DNA of 64,000 nt, taken from a virus. The notes beneath the pieces were generated by a model. The model did no database searches, was not told the origin of the DNA, and saw only the letters and a program-made list of their open reading frames with translations. The position numbers and the translations under genes were made by a program. Positions 37,401 through 44,790 of the stretch are shown here, one piece after another. How positions within the stretch are numbered: the first letter of the stretch is position 1; every line of letters starts with the position of its first letter. The stretch is taken from positions 1 to 64,000 of the IMG/VR virus record IMGVR_UViG_3300046660_000403; one strand, 5' to 3'.

Positions 37401-40400
37401 AACGATGCCGTGCAGCTTGGCGGCCAGCTGGCCAGCGCTCATGGCCGGGTCTTGCCACAGGTTTTGGCCCGTGCGGGATGGGTTGCCCGGCTCGGTGACG
37501 CGCGCCACGACGGCCACGCCGCTGGCGGTGATGGGCAGCATCGGGCCGCGGACGGCGCTGCCGCTCACGTCGATATGGATGCCCTTGCCCAGGCTCTCGT
37601 TGACCATGGACAGCGTGACCTCGCCCGACACGGCCGGACCTGCCTCATTGACGGAAACAGCCTTGCCGGGCTTGCCGTTGCGCTGGGGGCCAGGGGCATA
37701 GCCCTGCGAAGCCAGCACGCCGGCCACGTCTTTCAAGTAACGCTGACCATCGGACAGGAAGGCGGCTTTGACGCCGCCGGCAGGCAGATCGCCACCGCGC
37801 TCGACCGGGAATTCGTCGGTGTGCTCGTAACCGTCGATGAATTCCACTCCGTAATCGCCGCGCAGCGTGGCCTCGCCGAGCGCCGCTTTGCCCTTCTTCG
37901 GCGATTTCGCGGCGCTCGGTGCAGCCGCAGCTGATGCTGCCGGGCCCGGGTCGGCTTTCGCGACTGCTTGCAAATTGTCGCGCAGGGCAGCGACTTCTTT
38001 CTTGTATTCCTTGTTGCCTTCGTTGAACAGTTTGACGATGCGCACAGTGTCGGCTGCCAGATGCGCCAGCGGCGCCAGGTCGGGATGGGTGCGGCGCATG
38101 GCCTCTGCCAGGTCGAACAGGGCATTTTCGGCGTGCGCCACCTGCTCCCAGGTCGTGATGCTCCCCAGGCTGGCCAGCACTTGCGCGGCCGTATTGCCGT
38201 GCTGGGCGGCCGCCGGGGCGGCGGGCGCTTTTTCCTGCACTGGCGTGGCGGCGCTCTCCAGCGAGCGGGCGGCGATCTCCTTGCCGATCTTGGCCACGCG
38301 CGGGCTGTCGGCCAACAGCGTTTTTGCCTCCAGCAGCTCGGCATCGCTCATGTCTTTGACGGTGCGGCGGTTGAGCGCCTGTCGGCGCGGGGCTGGCGCG
38401 GGTTCGGCTTGGCTGGCGTCCTGCGGCACGCTGTCCGCTGGAGCATGGGCAGGGCGAGCTGTGTCAGCTTCACGCGGGGTAGCGTCAGCGACGGCGCCGC
38501 TCGTCTGGTCAGTGTCCGTCGTCGTGGCCGGGCTGCTCTGTGCTTGGCTCGGCACGGAACTCGCCTTCATATGTGCCGCGCGGACCACGCCGTACTGGGA
38601 GCCGACCGGGAAGCGCTTGCGCGTCTGCCCATTCGCCAGCCAGTCTTTGAAGCCGTTAACGTTGGTCTCGATGATAGTGTCGCCACCGCTCCAACCTGGC
38701 GCATAGTTGCCATGGTAGGCAGCGCTGGCCGCGTCGAGCGAGTCGAAGCCCAGCATGACCTTGTGCTCATCGAACTTGCGACTGTCCGGATGCACCTGAT
38801 TGACCACGAATACCTTGTCGCTGTCCGGCTGCGGTCCGATGAACGTGTCGATATGGTCCTTGTCGGCGCCCACCGTGCCGCGGATATAGCCATAGTGGTG
38901 CGCCATGGTGTTTTCCCATGGCGTGCCGTCCTTGTCCTCGCCCTTGCGGGTCGATCCGGCTGGATTTTCAATCGACAGGTCCATGCCGTGCAGGCGCACG
39001 CGGCCCAGCTTGTAGTTGCTGGCCTCCTTTTGCGCCTGGGTAGGCTCGGGCAATGCGTTGTGCGGCGAAGTGGCAGCCTCGTGGGCCGCCAGGTCCAGAG
39101 CGTTTGGGATCGCCTCGGATTCGGGCACGGTGTTCGCAGCTGGCGCGACGATAGGTTCGTTTTCCGGGGCTTTTTCCCGTGAAACCGCATCATTTTCCCG
39201 CGAAACTGCATTATTTTGACCATTTTCCGCAACAACGGGCGCATTCTGCTGCCCCAGGGCGGCGATGGCCGCCGTGTAGTGCGCCTTTTGTGCGGTGCTC
39301 AGTCGGAAGATTTTCGACGAGCCGGGCTTGTGCAGCACGGTGCCATTGGCCGTTTTCAGGCGCATGCCGGAGGCGATCGCGGCATCGACGGCGGCCGTAT
39401 TGGTGCCGGCCGGCGCGGGCACCGCCTGCTTGCGCTCGGGGACCGCATCGACCAGCTCATTGGGCAGGCTGGGCACGGGTTCGGCGGCGGCCGCGAACTC
39501 GGCGTGGTCCTCGTCGGTCACTTCGGGATTGACGTAGCCACCGCGCTTGAGCGCGGCCTGGAAGGCGGCAGGCTTGTTGGCCACGGCCGGGTCGGCAATG
39601 ATCTGCTCGCGCAGCGCTGCGCGGTTTGCCTGCGCGCGCTGTTGGCGCTCATGTTCGACAATGGCGTTGGTGGTGGCGATCTGCTCCTGTTCGCGCTGGG
39701 CGGCGGCTTCGCGCGCCTGGCGCGCATCCTCGTCCAGCAAGGCCTGGATCTGCGCTTCCTCCTGCGCGCTGCGGGACTTGGCCGCCGCGGCGATGGCTGG
39801 AGCGGTCTTGGCGTCGTGCGCCGCCTGCTCCTGGGCCAGCAAGGCCTGGTACTCGGCCTGCTGGTCCTGCGGAATGGCCACGCGCGCAGCGCGCGCCTGT
39901 TTGAGTGCGTCGTATTCGGATTTTTCCTCGGCGGTGAGTGGGCGGCCATCCACGGCAGGCACCTTCACCTTGTTGCCGGTGGCATCTAGCGCCGATTGTG
40001 CCAGCTGGCCACGGCCGATGGCCACCAGCTGGTCCATGCGCGCGTCGATCTCGCGCAGGGACGGCAGCGCGTCGCCAGCTGCCGGAGCTGCAGGCGCGGG
40101 AGTGCCTTGCGGCGCCGTGGCGTTGGCGGTGGCTGCGGCCGCCGTGGCGGCTGCGGCGGCTTGGCCTGCATTGGCGGCCTGCGACAGCGGACCGGAATTG
40201 GGCAGGACAACGGGGGATGGCGGTGCTGCGTCGTGGCGCTGGGCGCCGCCCAGGCCTGCGCCCATGACACCGCCCGTCACCAGGCCGGTACCGGCGGCGT
40301 TGGCCACGCCTTTCATGCGGTCCTGCTCGCCTTGGGCGATGTTGGTGAAATACTGTTCCTGCGCCGACTGCGGCATTTCTTCCAGCACGCCCTCGCTCAG

Positions 40401-41306
40401 GAACTCCTTGCCCACGCGCGTGGCCAGCTTGCCGCGCACGCCTGCCGAGTGCGCGCCGGTGGCGATCGAGGTGGCCGAGTCGCCCAACAGTTTGCCGGCG
40501 CCCAGGCCGATCGCGGCGGTTCCCACGCCAGCCGCCAGCGAGGGCAGCGCATAATCGCTGTACTCGCGCCCGGCTGCCTGCGCGTCGTCGGCGATCTGAC
40601 CAGCGCTTTGCGCACCTTCGGTGGCCGCGCCCAGCGCCACCAGCTTACCGCCGGCAGCTTCCACCGCCGCACTGGCGGCTTGCCCGCCTGCCTTGGTGGC
40701 CAGCGCCGCCTTGGTGGCCTGCGCTGCGCCGCGTCCGGCGGCCAGCTCGGCGGCGCTTGCCGCCGCCCCTTCTGCCGTTGCCAGCGCCGCCTTGGTGGCC
40801 ACGCCGCGCGCCACAGCGCCGGTCACGCCCATGCCGGCGAGCATGCCAGGCGCGGACTGCGCCACGCTGCCCAGAATGCTGCGCGGGTTCTGTACCGATG
40901 CCACTACGGAGTCGGTAAAGCCGTCGGCGTTCGCCACCTTGTCATCGGACGCCTTCTGGCTGTCGCTCAGGTACTCGCCCAGGATCTCATTGGTGCGTTT
41001 CGGATCGTAGCCCAGTGCACGCGCGCCCTTGCCCACCAGCCCGCCGGTGGCCAAGCTGCCCAGACCGACAATCGACGAGCCCACATCAACCACGCCCTGC
41101 GCGGCCTTGATGCCCACGTCGCCGACGGTGCGCAGCACACCGGCCTGTTGCGGGGCGGGCTGCGGCGCCTGGTAGCCCAGCTTGGCCTCCAGCGCGGCCT
41201 TGTCCATGGTCGGGTAGTACAGCTGGTGCAGTGCATCGACGAAACTTGCGTCATCGAGGCCGGCCAGGTTGGGGAGATTCTTGCGTGCTTCGGCTAAACC
41301 AGACAT
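25488..41306 (-). CDS. 5272-aa DarB-like polyvalent virion protein (PPase-like, N6-MTase, SNF2 helicase, HExxH peptidase-like, JAB, PLxRFG)
   Basis: IENP..S.R.G/HYGYI/DEHKVMLGF; ESSMGAGNF and GNPPFG; GAGKT and DEAH; HETLH; HNHPSG..PS.AD; PLSRFG. Confidence 0.93.
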   Translation of the reverse strand: MSGLAEARKNLPNLAGLDDASFVDALHQLYYPTMDKAALEAKLGYQAPQPAPQQAGVLRTVGDVGIKAAQGVVDVGSSIVGLGSLATGGLVGKGARALGYDPKRTNEILGEYLSDSQKASDDKVANADGFTDSVVASVQNPRSILGSVAQSAPGMLAGMGVTGAVARGVATKAALATAEGAAASAAELAAGRGAAQATKAALATKAGGQAASAAVEAAGGKLVALGAATEGAQSAGQIADDAQAAGREYSDYALPSLAAGVGTAAIGLGAGKLLGDSATSIATGAHSAGVRGKLATRVGKEFLSEGVLEEMPQSAQEQYFTNIAQGEQDRMKGVANAAGTGLVTGGVMGAGLGGAQRHDAAPPSPVVLPNSGPLSQAANAGQAAAAATAAAATANATAPQGTPAPAAPAAGDALPSLREIDARMDQLVAIGRGQLAQSALDATGNKVKVPAVDGRPLTAEEKSEYDALKQARAARVAIPQDQQAEYQALLAQEQAAHDAKTAPAIAAAAKSRSAQEEAQIQALLDEDARQAREAAAQREQEQIATTNAIVEHERQQRAQANRAALREQIIADPAVANKPAAFQAALKRGGYVNPEVTDEDHAEFAAAAEPVPSLPNELVDAVPERKQAVPAPAGTNTAAVDAAIASGMRLKTANGTVLHKPGSSKIFRLSTAQKAHYTAAIAALGQQNAPVVAENGQNNAVSRENDAVSREKAPENEPIVAPAANTVPESEAIPNALDLAAHEAATSPHNALPEPTQAQKEASNYKLGRVRLHGMDLSIENPAGSTRKGEDKDGTPWENTMAHHYGYIRGTVGADKDHIDTFIGPQPDSDKVFVVNQVHPDSRKFDEHKVMLGFDSLDAASAAYHGNYAPGWSGGDTIIETNVNGFKDWLANGQTRKRFPVGSQYGVVRAAHMKASSVPSQAQSSPATTTDTDQTSGAVADATPREADTARPAHAPADSVPQDASQAEPAPAPRRQALNRRTVKDMSDAELLEAKTLLADSPRVAKIGKEIAARSLESAATPVQEKAPAAPAAAQHGNTAAQVLASLGSITTWEQVAHAENALFDLAEAMRRTHPDLAPLAHLAADTVRIVKLFNEGNKEYKKEVAALRDNLQAVAKADPGPAASAAAAPSAAKSPKKGKAALGEATLRGDYGVEFIDGYEHTDEFPVERGGDLPAGGVKAAFLSDGQRYLKDVAGVLASQGYAPGPQRNGKPGKAVSVNEAGPAVSGEVTLSMVNESLGKGIHIDVSGSAVRGPMLPITASGVAVVARVTEPGNPSRTGQNLWQDPAMSAGQLAAKLHGIVADVASREKSDTLTPNTKEKEDHGHSNAGGEGAPSLGDLAAAQDGSAESAGRVERSDGGGRSGGASADRQPAAKRVSAARSGRSGLEPVYPADGGTSARDGLGSPGAGRDGERVPGQDARAESDVSAIAPAAAPSVPAFNFHITDDVRLGQGGEVQKFNDNLSAIRTMRAVEAENRHATPQEQAIMARYVGWGGLANAFPSPETGQFKDAWRQRGADLAELLSPKEYALARRSTLDSHYTSQTVVQSMWAAARRLGYQGGMALESSMGAGNFIGLMPEDVGARTKFIGVEYDNLTARIAALLYPNETVLNSGFQSVPLADGAFDLAIGNPPFGDQSLRFQFKPEINGHSIHNQFFLASLDALKPGGLQVQVVSRYLLDKLDKSSRVQLAKKARLLGAIRLPDTAFKENARTSVVTDMVFLQRLTPAEEATMEAAFAAAAQKPETSRQAEDERQALAAQVPEWVQTTELADPLGGDTMRVNTYFAKHPHMVMGVLERSGSMAYGNDITVRLDDPDSLAQRLAGAIKHLPQSVMTQTPDGISAAIARHKDMSDALRIALAGHENGSIKLEAGGVLHQVVERETPEGAFELTRRILAPESPWSDALYMDRDGKWYTIEAQMDEHGKPVKQVKNGKTTNLNVYDRKVFTSEADIPSAMLLGKTRYERLRQLVALRDLLKEQLSLEAEDAKTAAIEANRASLAAAYQAFVKEHGLVSEPANSSLVTNMPDGALVQALESGYRPAITAARAARIGEKVRPAAAEPAPILSKRVIVPYEAPTTADSLADAVAINMAEAGRVDLERIAALLGKDVAAVEAELAAADKPLLFKDPESGLWETRNSYLSGQVKRKLNAARAARLVQNINALEEVQPEPWGAENVTALLGSSWVPPSVYADFVQHIAGTAIARVAYSAVTNSYSVTGAATNRASEEEWGSPGYTSVELIAALLNNSAIKVVYYDKDGGAHVDQEKTALALLKAKAISTEFSDWVYKDGARRNQLVEIFNEKFNTRVMRQHDGSHLFLPGKVPDAVIAMRRHQKNTIWRGISERFMLVDHTVGAGKTYTAIARAMERRRMGLSKKPTMVVPNHMVEQFTSDVYRLYPAAKVLAAGKKDFEKSRRRQLFAKIATGDYDIVILPHSSFGFIGIAPETEERFLQQELDAAVAAVAEAEEEAEDSGQAGFRKPFGVKEAERLVDKLTARMEKVKGDKNKDRLLTFEQMGIDDLTVDEAHEFKNLFYSSRLTGVKGMGNKTGSQKAFDLYNKVRVLRESPTGTVTFLTGTPISNSAVEMYNMMRYLAADELKELGLEHFDAWRAQFVSTDAGWEPTETGRLKEVNRLGRTWSNMRSLMDLYYSFTDSVDNDDIKRAYAEDNGGEAFPIPRVAGGDRQSVVMAPTKAQINLLDEVLEGFDGLPNIVDPYERNKARLRLMDRARKVSLDVRAANPHSTSREEGGKLDVIADNVKRIYDKWHADRGTQLIFLDRSVPKAKGDDAVLKEYDALLAAQRQALKDQNEGAMRAAGEKLERFDPNEMEELRNAQAGGWNAYQQIKDNLIARGIPAAEIRFVQEANTDAQKQALFDAVNDGTVRVLLGSTPRMGAGTNVQQRIVAVHHADVTWKPSDIEQREGRGVRQGNKLLAKYGIDAFELEILAYATERTIDAKMWALNSSKLKTINAIRKYDGAFSMDFEDEESVSMAELAALASGDPLLLERVKLVSEIDKLELLKRQHARKQWGITSQIEDAESSVAKLPARIKMAESDLADVHAGLSAQEQAVSARSVSVEGEHFNDGAAARRAVMEAVTAQQGGDDKAKVSVKVNGRRLASLDGAMAAVGAALGDQQPFHMTVNGQDLGARTDAARAIAEIAAEVSGELGENAAKTVDIGQFRGLPLQATMEHDSNAGYWTSLAVLRWDGSTLATGDTNWRENPEYTTSAMRTAVEDLEKTLNPSGLTSAIGNFTRRLAAAEASLPDLRARQGGPFAQQGELDAKHARLETVIRELSSGPSTPARAIVARSNPLRRADGSYMRQAPAEAQFSRARIDTDDQLVNIFSQLASDDDAFRLPGSEAKTLAGVLAEVGPSMTVDEFYSQGEEEDAATPVDRVWQITSPDGELAWVYKNNKNKEVWLDISNWKEGKLGAQVYQAVATFAHNTKQVFIGDPQGLSDKALYRRTEQMISSALRHGTTAHLAPHARQVEAIQTATGVPVRPVAWRTGDDAHNLRELLLSSYTNILHVFPEIADVHYNFSRARFERDAAPVRASSGALLADQSAAGEQADADGLGSGGDRSTAGRGAAGPDEAEGQLARVDAVPFTDADFAAAAGSLRRAYDALFPSHRGAYTPPIGVSDLKRAALVAAVLREEGRDGGRDVLDHVADRLLQRVSTPLAGVLYSRDAEYFRDEARAFLPPVPAGHDAGTAAPLVLTGAELLAAKKTTEQLNRVLAKEGMAPVRALRTAPNAGFALARQAGKALGIDVNFVSANGDFEGVAYRGTAYLAESLHNPVLAIAGHETLHALEQSNPALGAKLRERIRAHLKDGVVADRQLREYVAAGLQDVPMEQAEAEVIADINGAMWLEPVFWSDLAKADRSLFRQVAYKFMEVAAKLIGALRGSRWDAANLVRDVEAVRAILVDTWAEHAAAQGQGSAPRTLHEPGPSGYNDAYEHTDTRPGSTDAQLRTGRAAVEALSRRLGVDRIGEGNPAGRGAATVLGSRLLAGFVAGQPNELVGQVVHTPADLAALAQVYRDPRFETFRVLYTAGDQIVGEAGYTSRLPASVGTPNNLNAQVAADKARFGADGYYLLHNHPSGRATPSDADVDLTTGTAAAVSGMRGHVVIDHNEYAIIDAAGAHDLVAAPELNGVDFTGAPELEHQLLGVAIKGPGYVAQLAKALQIPAGHAALVLTDIHGAVQLLVDVPMGALTDTSKRGLAKGKGVLRRMVRETGSGGHRFLALPEGADVDAFAPWVEAGVITDVVSADAQTARVNGATWGTDFLAHSPTVHTLVNEAGDAAAYSRTGLGERLAGAANSIEDLRLPAGYRLGDLFNSSGKLNWWHKTLGTMDNLAKRRPIFAPVYEAVQRFLGDVSRYAVVAADMAPTLLPKLENIADIIGKNRKKPLTAEDSKAIAAPIFEGTLSWARDANGAPISMADLEAQAEQMSTADKARILLAKGIIDHQQHQAWLASPLGIYDASINSRYTATQLQGGVVWSDAELRDKFSLSDAQIALYREFRAALDKSLTNLTISEMVKLGGKDAKSLQEQAVAEPSLAQAANLLRDHFIALAKLHPEQTDMHLDTASQIMNLADKGQGLMDRGYAPLSRFGKYTVYVQDGEEQVYFGMFESQHEAAKMARDMREAHAGALVTQGTVSEDAYKLFAGVSPETIELFGSMVGLDSQADAASTEVYQAYLKLAKNNRSAMKRMIQRKGIAGFSEDAGRVLAGFIYSNARLTAGNAHLGEIDEAVTAIPKQEGELTDAAMQLREHIRNPEGGGHQLGGLMFAQFLGGSVASAMVNLTQPFTMTLPYLSQWGGLAKAGKALADAVKLAGKDSTGDADLDAALKWAEDEGIVAPQEVHYLQAQASGKGSLRTGDGTLAGNTRAHLNNAMAKVSLGWGKLFAMAELANRRITFIAAYRTAIAQGMGNPAKFAQEAVSQTQGTYNSGNKPRWARGTIGSLLLTFKQYSIGYLELLTRMAMAGEPGSKERAAGRRAALYMVAVLFLMSGADGLPFEQDLEDALDGIMQRLGYNFATKRAKQAFLTNVLGQGGADFALKGISSLPGMPVDVAGRFGMGNLIPGTGLLQKKESYTRDLGELAGPAGDLAARAFSGAGKLLGGDIAGAALDVSPASVRNVIKGADMLASGSYNDARGYRVNDTSTTEGIMKIIGFQPNSTADIQDAKGQALNMLAQTRMRQAEIAEHWAQGIAQNDAGMVQAARDWRDDWNAKNPEAPVKVSMPGVLKRVRSMRQDAANRTQKSAPVALKATVSRELAETRG
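29261..29464 (-). CDS. candidate nested alternative-frame gene C (67 aa)
   Basis: TATAAT 7 nt upstream of the ATG (leaderless geometry); low-complexity host-frame linker. Confidence 0.45.
   Translation of the reverse strand: MNTPTPAQAVPTPNCEPDALPSKHFPDGSALIVSAKAIQLVEAQLPYSVAGCSPGSLPDSPTSLSGK
30299..30613 (-). CDS. candidate nested alternative-frame gene B (104 aa)
   Basis: AGGAG RBS; TTGCGC-N18-TACACT upstream; protein-like composition. Confidence 0.6.
   Translation of the reverse strand: MRMDWDQEEIEALPDEALLALMKQKGSSHEWMQYLSQTRILQLLQDRFAGLMTHSFHPTEERIRLRLGCLILRERHLSQPFYAKKDATAGETYWITLQTGSYNV
37028..37336 (-). CDS. candidate nested alternative-frame gene A (102 aa, helical, loosely TnpV-like)
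   Basis: GAGAAGGAAG RBS; TTGCAT-N16-TACACT promoter; natural codon usage in this frame. Confidence 0.75.
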   Translation of the reverse strand: MDIATLAAKARHHWETWLPHKTEVLKAQGEWSEATEAAAVAAHRLIANLQQSGYQQHEAEEVALSRYILLTAEPAPETDWEAQELAEMENAYQDKMREPNPT

Positions 41307-41332
41307 TGCGTTCCTTATATATAGGGGAGGTG

Positions 41333-43117
41333 TTACAGGCCAACCGCGGCGCGCACGGCGTCCTGGCGATTGCCGGTGGAGGCGATCAGGGCATTGGCGG
41401 TGTCGCGCGCGCTCTCCATCTGCTTCTGGTAGGTGGCGGTGGCGGCGGCGTCACCCGACTGCGCCACGGCGGCGTAGACCTTCATGGCGTCCTTGAGCGC
41501 CTGCGCGGCGTTCTCGATACCGCGCGCCTTGTCCAGCGTCAGGCTGTTCAACGCCGTATCGCTGGTCAGGCCAAGTGCCTGTGCAACAGGACTGGCTGCG
41601 GGTACTGGCGCGGCTTGCACGCCACCGGGCGCCTGCAGGCTGACTGCCGGACGCGCCGGCGCGGCTGCTGGAAGCACCGACGGCGCCGGTTCGGAAGGAG
41701 CGGCAACGGGATTGGGCACCCGCTGCACGCCAGGTGCGGGAGCGGGCGCACCGGCACCGCCATTAATATTGGCCGGATCGGCGGCAGCCGGACCGCGCTT
41801 GCCGGGGCGCAGCAGGTCGGCCACCTGCTGGTTCAGCACCGCCGAGCGCACCATCATCTGCTTGCCGCCGGGCGAATCGGGCTGCCAGGATCCTTCGGCT
41901 TGCGCTTTGTTGAGCGCCTGGCCGATCTGGTCCTGTTCCTTGAGCAGGCTGTTCAGCTGTGCGCGGCTTGCCGCTGGCAGGGCGTCCACGCCGAGAATGT
42001 TGGCCTTCTGGTCGACCGTCAACGGCGCGCCCAGTGCTTTTTCCTTGGCGGCAATCTGCCCAAACGGCGTGGTGGCATCGAATTGCTGCTGCTGCAGGCG
42101 CAGGTGCTGGGCTTGCAGGGCGCGGCCGGCGGCCGCATCGCGCGCGGCCTGATCACGCGCAGCCTTATTGTCTTCGCGCACACCGGCATAGTGCTCGCGC
42201 TGCATGGAGGTCTGGGTGGCGCGGTCCAGGTGGGCCAACTTGGTATTCAAGTCCATCATCTGGTACTGGGCCTTGGTGGCGTCGATCGTCACGCGCGAAC
42301 CGTCCCCATTGGCCAGCGTGACGAAATGGGTAGGTACGTCTTCGCCGTTGATCTTCGTCGTACCCTGCGTGCCGCTGACCACCTTGGCGCCCTGATTTTT
42401 CCCGATGCGATTGAACGCCGCCACGCCGCCCTCGTAGTCGCCGCTGGCGAAGGCCGACAGCGCCTCATGCACGCCCTCGTTACGGGCGTTGGTGATAAAC
42501 GACATTTGCTGGGCGTAGTCCTGCGGCGTGAGGTCGCTGCGCGCGGCCTTGCGGCGCAGCAGCTCGGCCTGCCGCTCCAGCACGTCGTTGAAGTTGCGGG
42601 GCTGCGGCAATCCGGCTGGCCCGCGCAGCTCCTGCACTTTTGCCGCGACTTCCGGGGCCAATTTTGGCGAATTGGGATCCGGCTGCGGTACGCCAGCGGC
42701 ATCGGTCAGCTTGAAGGGCGCCTTGCCTGCCATGGGATCGGCTGCGGCGGCACTTCCCGGTTCGCCCATCAAGGAAGTGGGAACGGCATTGGCCTTGTCG
42801 ATTTCGGCTTGCATCTTGCCCTGCTCGACCATTTGCTCGGCCTGCGATTTTTCTGCCTGGCCCGAATCTGCGGCCGCATCAACCTGCCGGGCGGCGAACT
42901 GCGCATCGACCGCGGCGGCATCGGCCTTGTCGGCCGCCTTGACGCGATCCTGCTCCTGCCAGTCTTTGCGCTGACGGCCGCGTGTTTCCTCGGCAAAGGC
43001 GCCATCCTGCTCGGCGCGCTGCGCGGCCTTCTGACGGCGCTCGTCGTCGCCCAGGCGGCGCTGCTCATCGGTAAATCCTTGGTAGCCTGCTGCGGCTCCG
43101 GCTAAACTGAAATTCAT
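41333..43117 (-). CDS. putative internal virion (ejection) protein
   Basis: AAGGA RBS; Ala/Gln-rich helical sequence; located before the giant protein. Confidence 0.7.
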   Translation of the reverse strand: MNFSLAGAAAGYQGFTDEQRRLGDDERRQKAAQRAEQDGAFAEETRGRQRKDWQEQDRVKAADKADAAAVDAQFAARQVDAAADSGQAEKSQAEQMVEQGKMQAEIDKANAVPTSLMGEPGSAAAADPMAGKAPFKLTDAAGVPQPDPNSPKLAPEVAAKVQELRGPAGLPQPRNFNDVLERQAELLRRKAARSDLTPQDYAQQMSFITNARNEGVHEALSAFASGDYEGGVAAFNRIGKNQGAKVVSGTQGTTKINGEDVPTHFVTLANGDGSRVTIDATKAQYQMMDLNTKLAHLDRATQTSMQREHYAGVREDNKAARDQAARDAAAGRALQAQHLRLQQQQFDATTPFGQIAAKEKALGAPLTVDQKANILGVDALPAASRAQLNSLLKEQDQIGQALNKAQAEGSWQPDSPGGKQMMVRSAVLNQQVADLLRPGKRGPAAADPANINGGAGAPAPAPGVQRVPNPVAAPSEPAPSVLPAAAPARPAVSLQAPGGVQAAPVPAASPVAQALGLTSDTALNSLTLDKARGIENAAQALKDAMKVYAAVAQSGDAAATATYQKQMESARDTANALIASTGNRQDAVRAAVGL

Positions 43118-43131
43118 GTGCTGTTCCTTTA

Positions 43132-43839
43132 TCAGACTGGGCCGTAGGCGGCGCCCATCGATCCCCAATCCATATTTGCCGGAGCTTGCGGGACGCTTGC
43201 CAGCTGCCCGCCCGATCCACCACCGGCGCCAAAGTTCATTTTGCTCAAGCCGTTGACTACGCCGCTAAACAAGGCGCCCGCTCCGGCACCCTCTTGGCCT
43301 GCGCGCAGCGCCGCGCTTTGCGCCTGGGCATTGGCGCCGGCCGCCGCGCTGGCGAGGCCGGCGGCGGCACTGGAGGCCATGCCCTTCCCCATCGCCACGG
43401 CATCCTGCTTCTTGGCATAAGCCATGTCCTTGACCTGCTGGCGGGCCTTGTTCTGCTCCGTTGCACCAAGCGCGGCGCCCTTTAGCTCCATCGTCGCGGC
43501 GGCTGCCTGCGCCGCCGGGCTGGACGGGTCCAGGCCTGGCGTACGGGACAGGCGTTCGCGCGCCAGGCCCAGCTGGGTCGATACCGACGACTGCGCCGCG
43601 CTGGCCGCATTCTGGTAGGCTTCCGGGCTGTCGGCGTTCTGAGCATCCTTGATGAACTGGTGTTCCAGCGGACGGTAATACTGTTTGTAATCGTCGTACT
43701 GGTCGGTGGCGATCTCGCCCTGATAGGCGTTTTGATCGGCAGCGCGATCGGCGGCGGCCGCGGCGGCTTTCTGCCCTTTGCTGGCGACGACGCCACCGAT
43801 GACAGCCGAACCGATCACTGCGGTTGCAATGCCTGACAT
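43132..43839 (-). CDS. putative DNA transfer/ejection protein
   Basis: MSGIATAVIGSAVIGGVVAS Gly/Ala-rich N-terminus typical of pilot proteins. Confidence 0.7.
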   Translation of the reverse strand: MSGIATAVIGSAVIGGVVASKGQKAAAAAADRAADQNAYQGEIATDQYDDYKQYYRPLEHQFIKDAQNADSPEAYQNAASAAQSSVSTQLGLARERLSRTPGLDPSSPAAQAAAATMELKGAALGATEQNKARQQVKDMAYAKKQDAVAMGKGMASSAAAGLASAAAGANAQAQSAALRAGQEGAGAGALFSGVVNGLSKMNFGAGGGSGGQLASVPQAPANMDWGSMGAAYGPV

Positions 43840-43841
43840 GT

Positions 43842-44762
43842 TTAGTTCCCTTCGTTGATGCGGCGGGCTTCGGCCACCGATTGCCGGTAATCCACCGTGA
43901 TTTCCTCGCCGTCCCGACCTCCCATGCAGCCGGAGATCGGTCGCAGCGCGATCAGGTGAATGTTTCCTTGGTCGTCGCCTGCCATGCGCGCATTGGGTTG
44001 TTTTGCGTGATTGGTGTAGCGCCCTGCCGGCGTGCGTAGACCGTTGATGCGGGCCGGCGCGATGTGCTCGCCCTGGGCGATATCGGCCGTGGCGAACAGC
44101 CCGCGGCCTTCGATGGGTGACGCGCCCACTTTGATCCGACAGCTGATGTCATGCGGCATTTCGCACTGGTCTGCCTCGTTGACCGATTGCGCGTGCACCG
44201 TGTCGGCGCTGATACCCAGTTCCGACAGCGCAGCCATGAAATCGTTGCGGTCCGGCTGATGGCGCAGTTCGGCGTGCGCCAGGGCCGCATCGGCATGGGT
44301 CAGCCAGCCGTCGCTCTTGCTTAAAAAGTGGGCTTCGAGTTTGCCAATATCGGTTTCGTTGGTGGCGTAGGCGTTGATCCATACCACGTCTTCGTGCACA
44401 TAGCCGATCTTGCGGCCCGGCTTACCTATGAAGAACATCGGTGCGCGCAGCTCTTGCTGCGTACCGTCATCGAGCAGTACCGTGACACGGCCCTGCAGGA
44501 AGATATTGACGTGCTCGAAGTTCTGGATATGGCCGATAGCTAGGATGCCGGCTGGCATCCGCACTTCGCGGAAGTAGATGCCAGGGCCGAAACGGTGATG
44601 AACCGGGCATGGCGCTTGTGGGTAGGCCAGCATGGCCTGTTCGGCGTCCCCTACGACGGCCTCGGTGATGGCTGCGCCGGACAGTAGCTCCATCACAGCC
44701 GCAGTTGGTAACGTCTGCGATGCGGTGGCATCCACGTCGGATTTGATGATTGTCTGCTGCAT
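43842..44762 (-). CDS. cupin-like domain + SET-domain protein
   Basis: HRFGPGIYFRE...GHI...H; GRGLFA, RYTNH..PN, GEEITVDY. Confidence 0.85.
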   Translation of the reverse strand: MQQTIIKSDVDATASQTLPTAAVMELLSGAAITEAVVGDAEQAMLAYPQAPCPVHHRFGPGIYFREVRMPAGILAIGHIQNFEHVNIFLQGRVTVLLDDGTQQELRAPMFFIGKPGRKIGYVHEDVVWINAYATNETDIGKLEAHFLSKSDGWLTHADAALAHAELRHQPDRNDFMAALSELGISADTVHAQSVNEADQCEMPHDISCRIKVGASPIEGRGLFATADIAQGEHIAPARINGLRTPAGRYTNHAKQPNARMAGDDQGNIHLIALRPISGCMGGRDGEEITVDYRQSVAEARRINEGN

Positions 44763-44790
44763 AGCCCGCCCTCCTAGTTACGATGCGGCG

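Noticed and set aside
38567-39244. Possible fourth nested gene in the giant ORF, near a short 21-bp duplication (AVSRE twice)
   Set aside because: Arg/Thr-rich shadow composition; overlaps the well-conserved PPase-like domain; no clear promoter or RBS
26988-43105. Long plus-strand ORFs (e.g. 26988-30311, 30714-34127, 35679-37175, 41231-43105)
   Set aside because: Antisense shadows of GC3-rich minus-strand genes; no recognisable motifs
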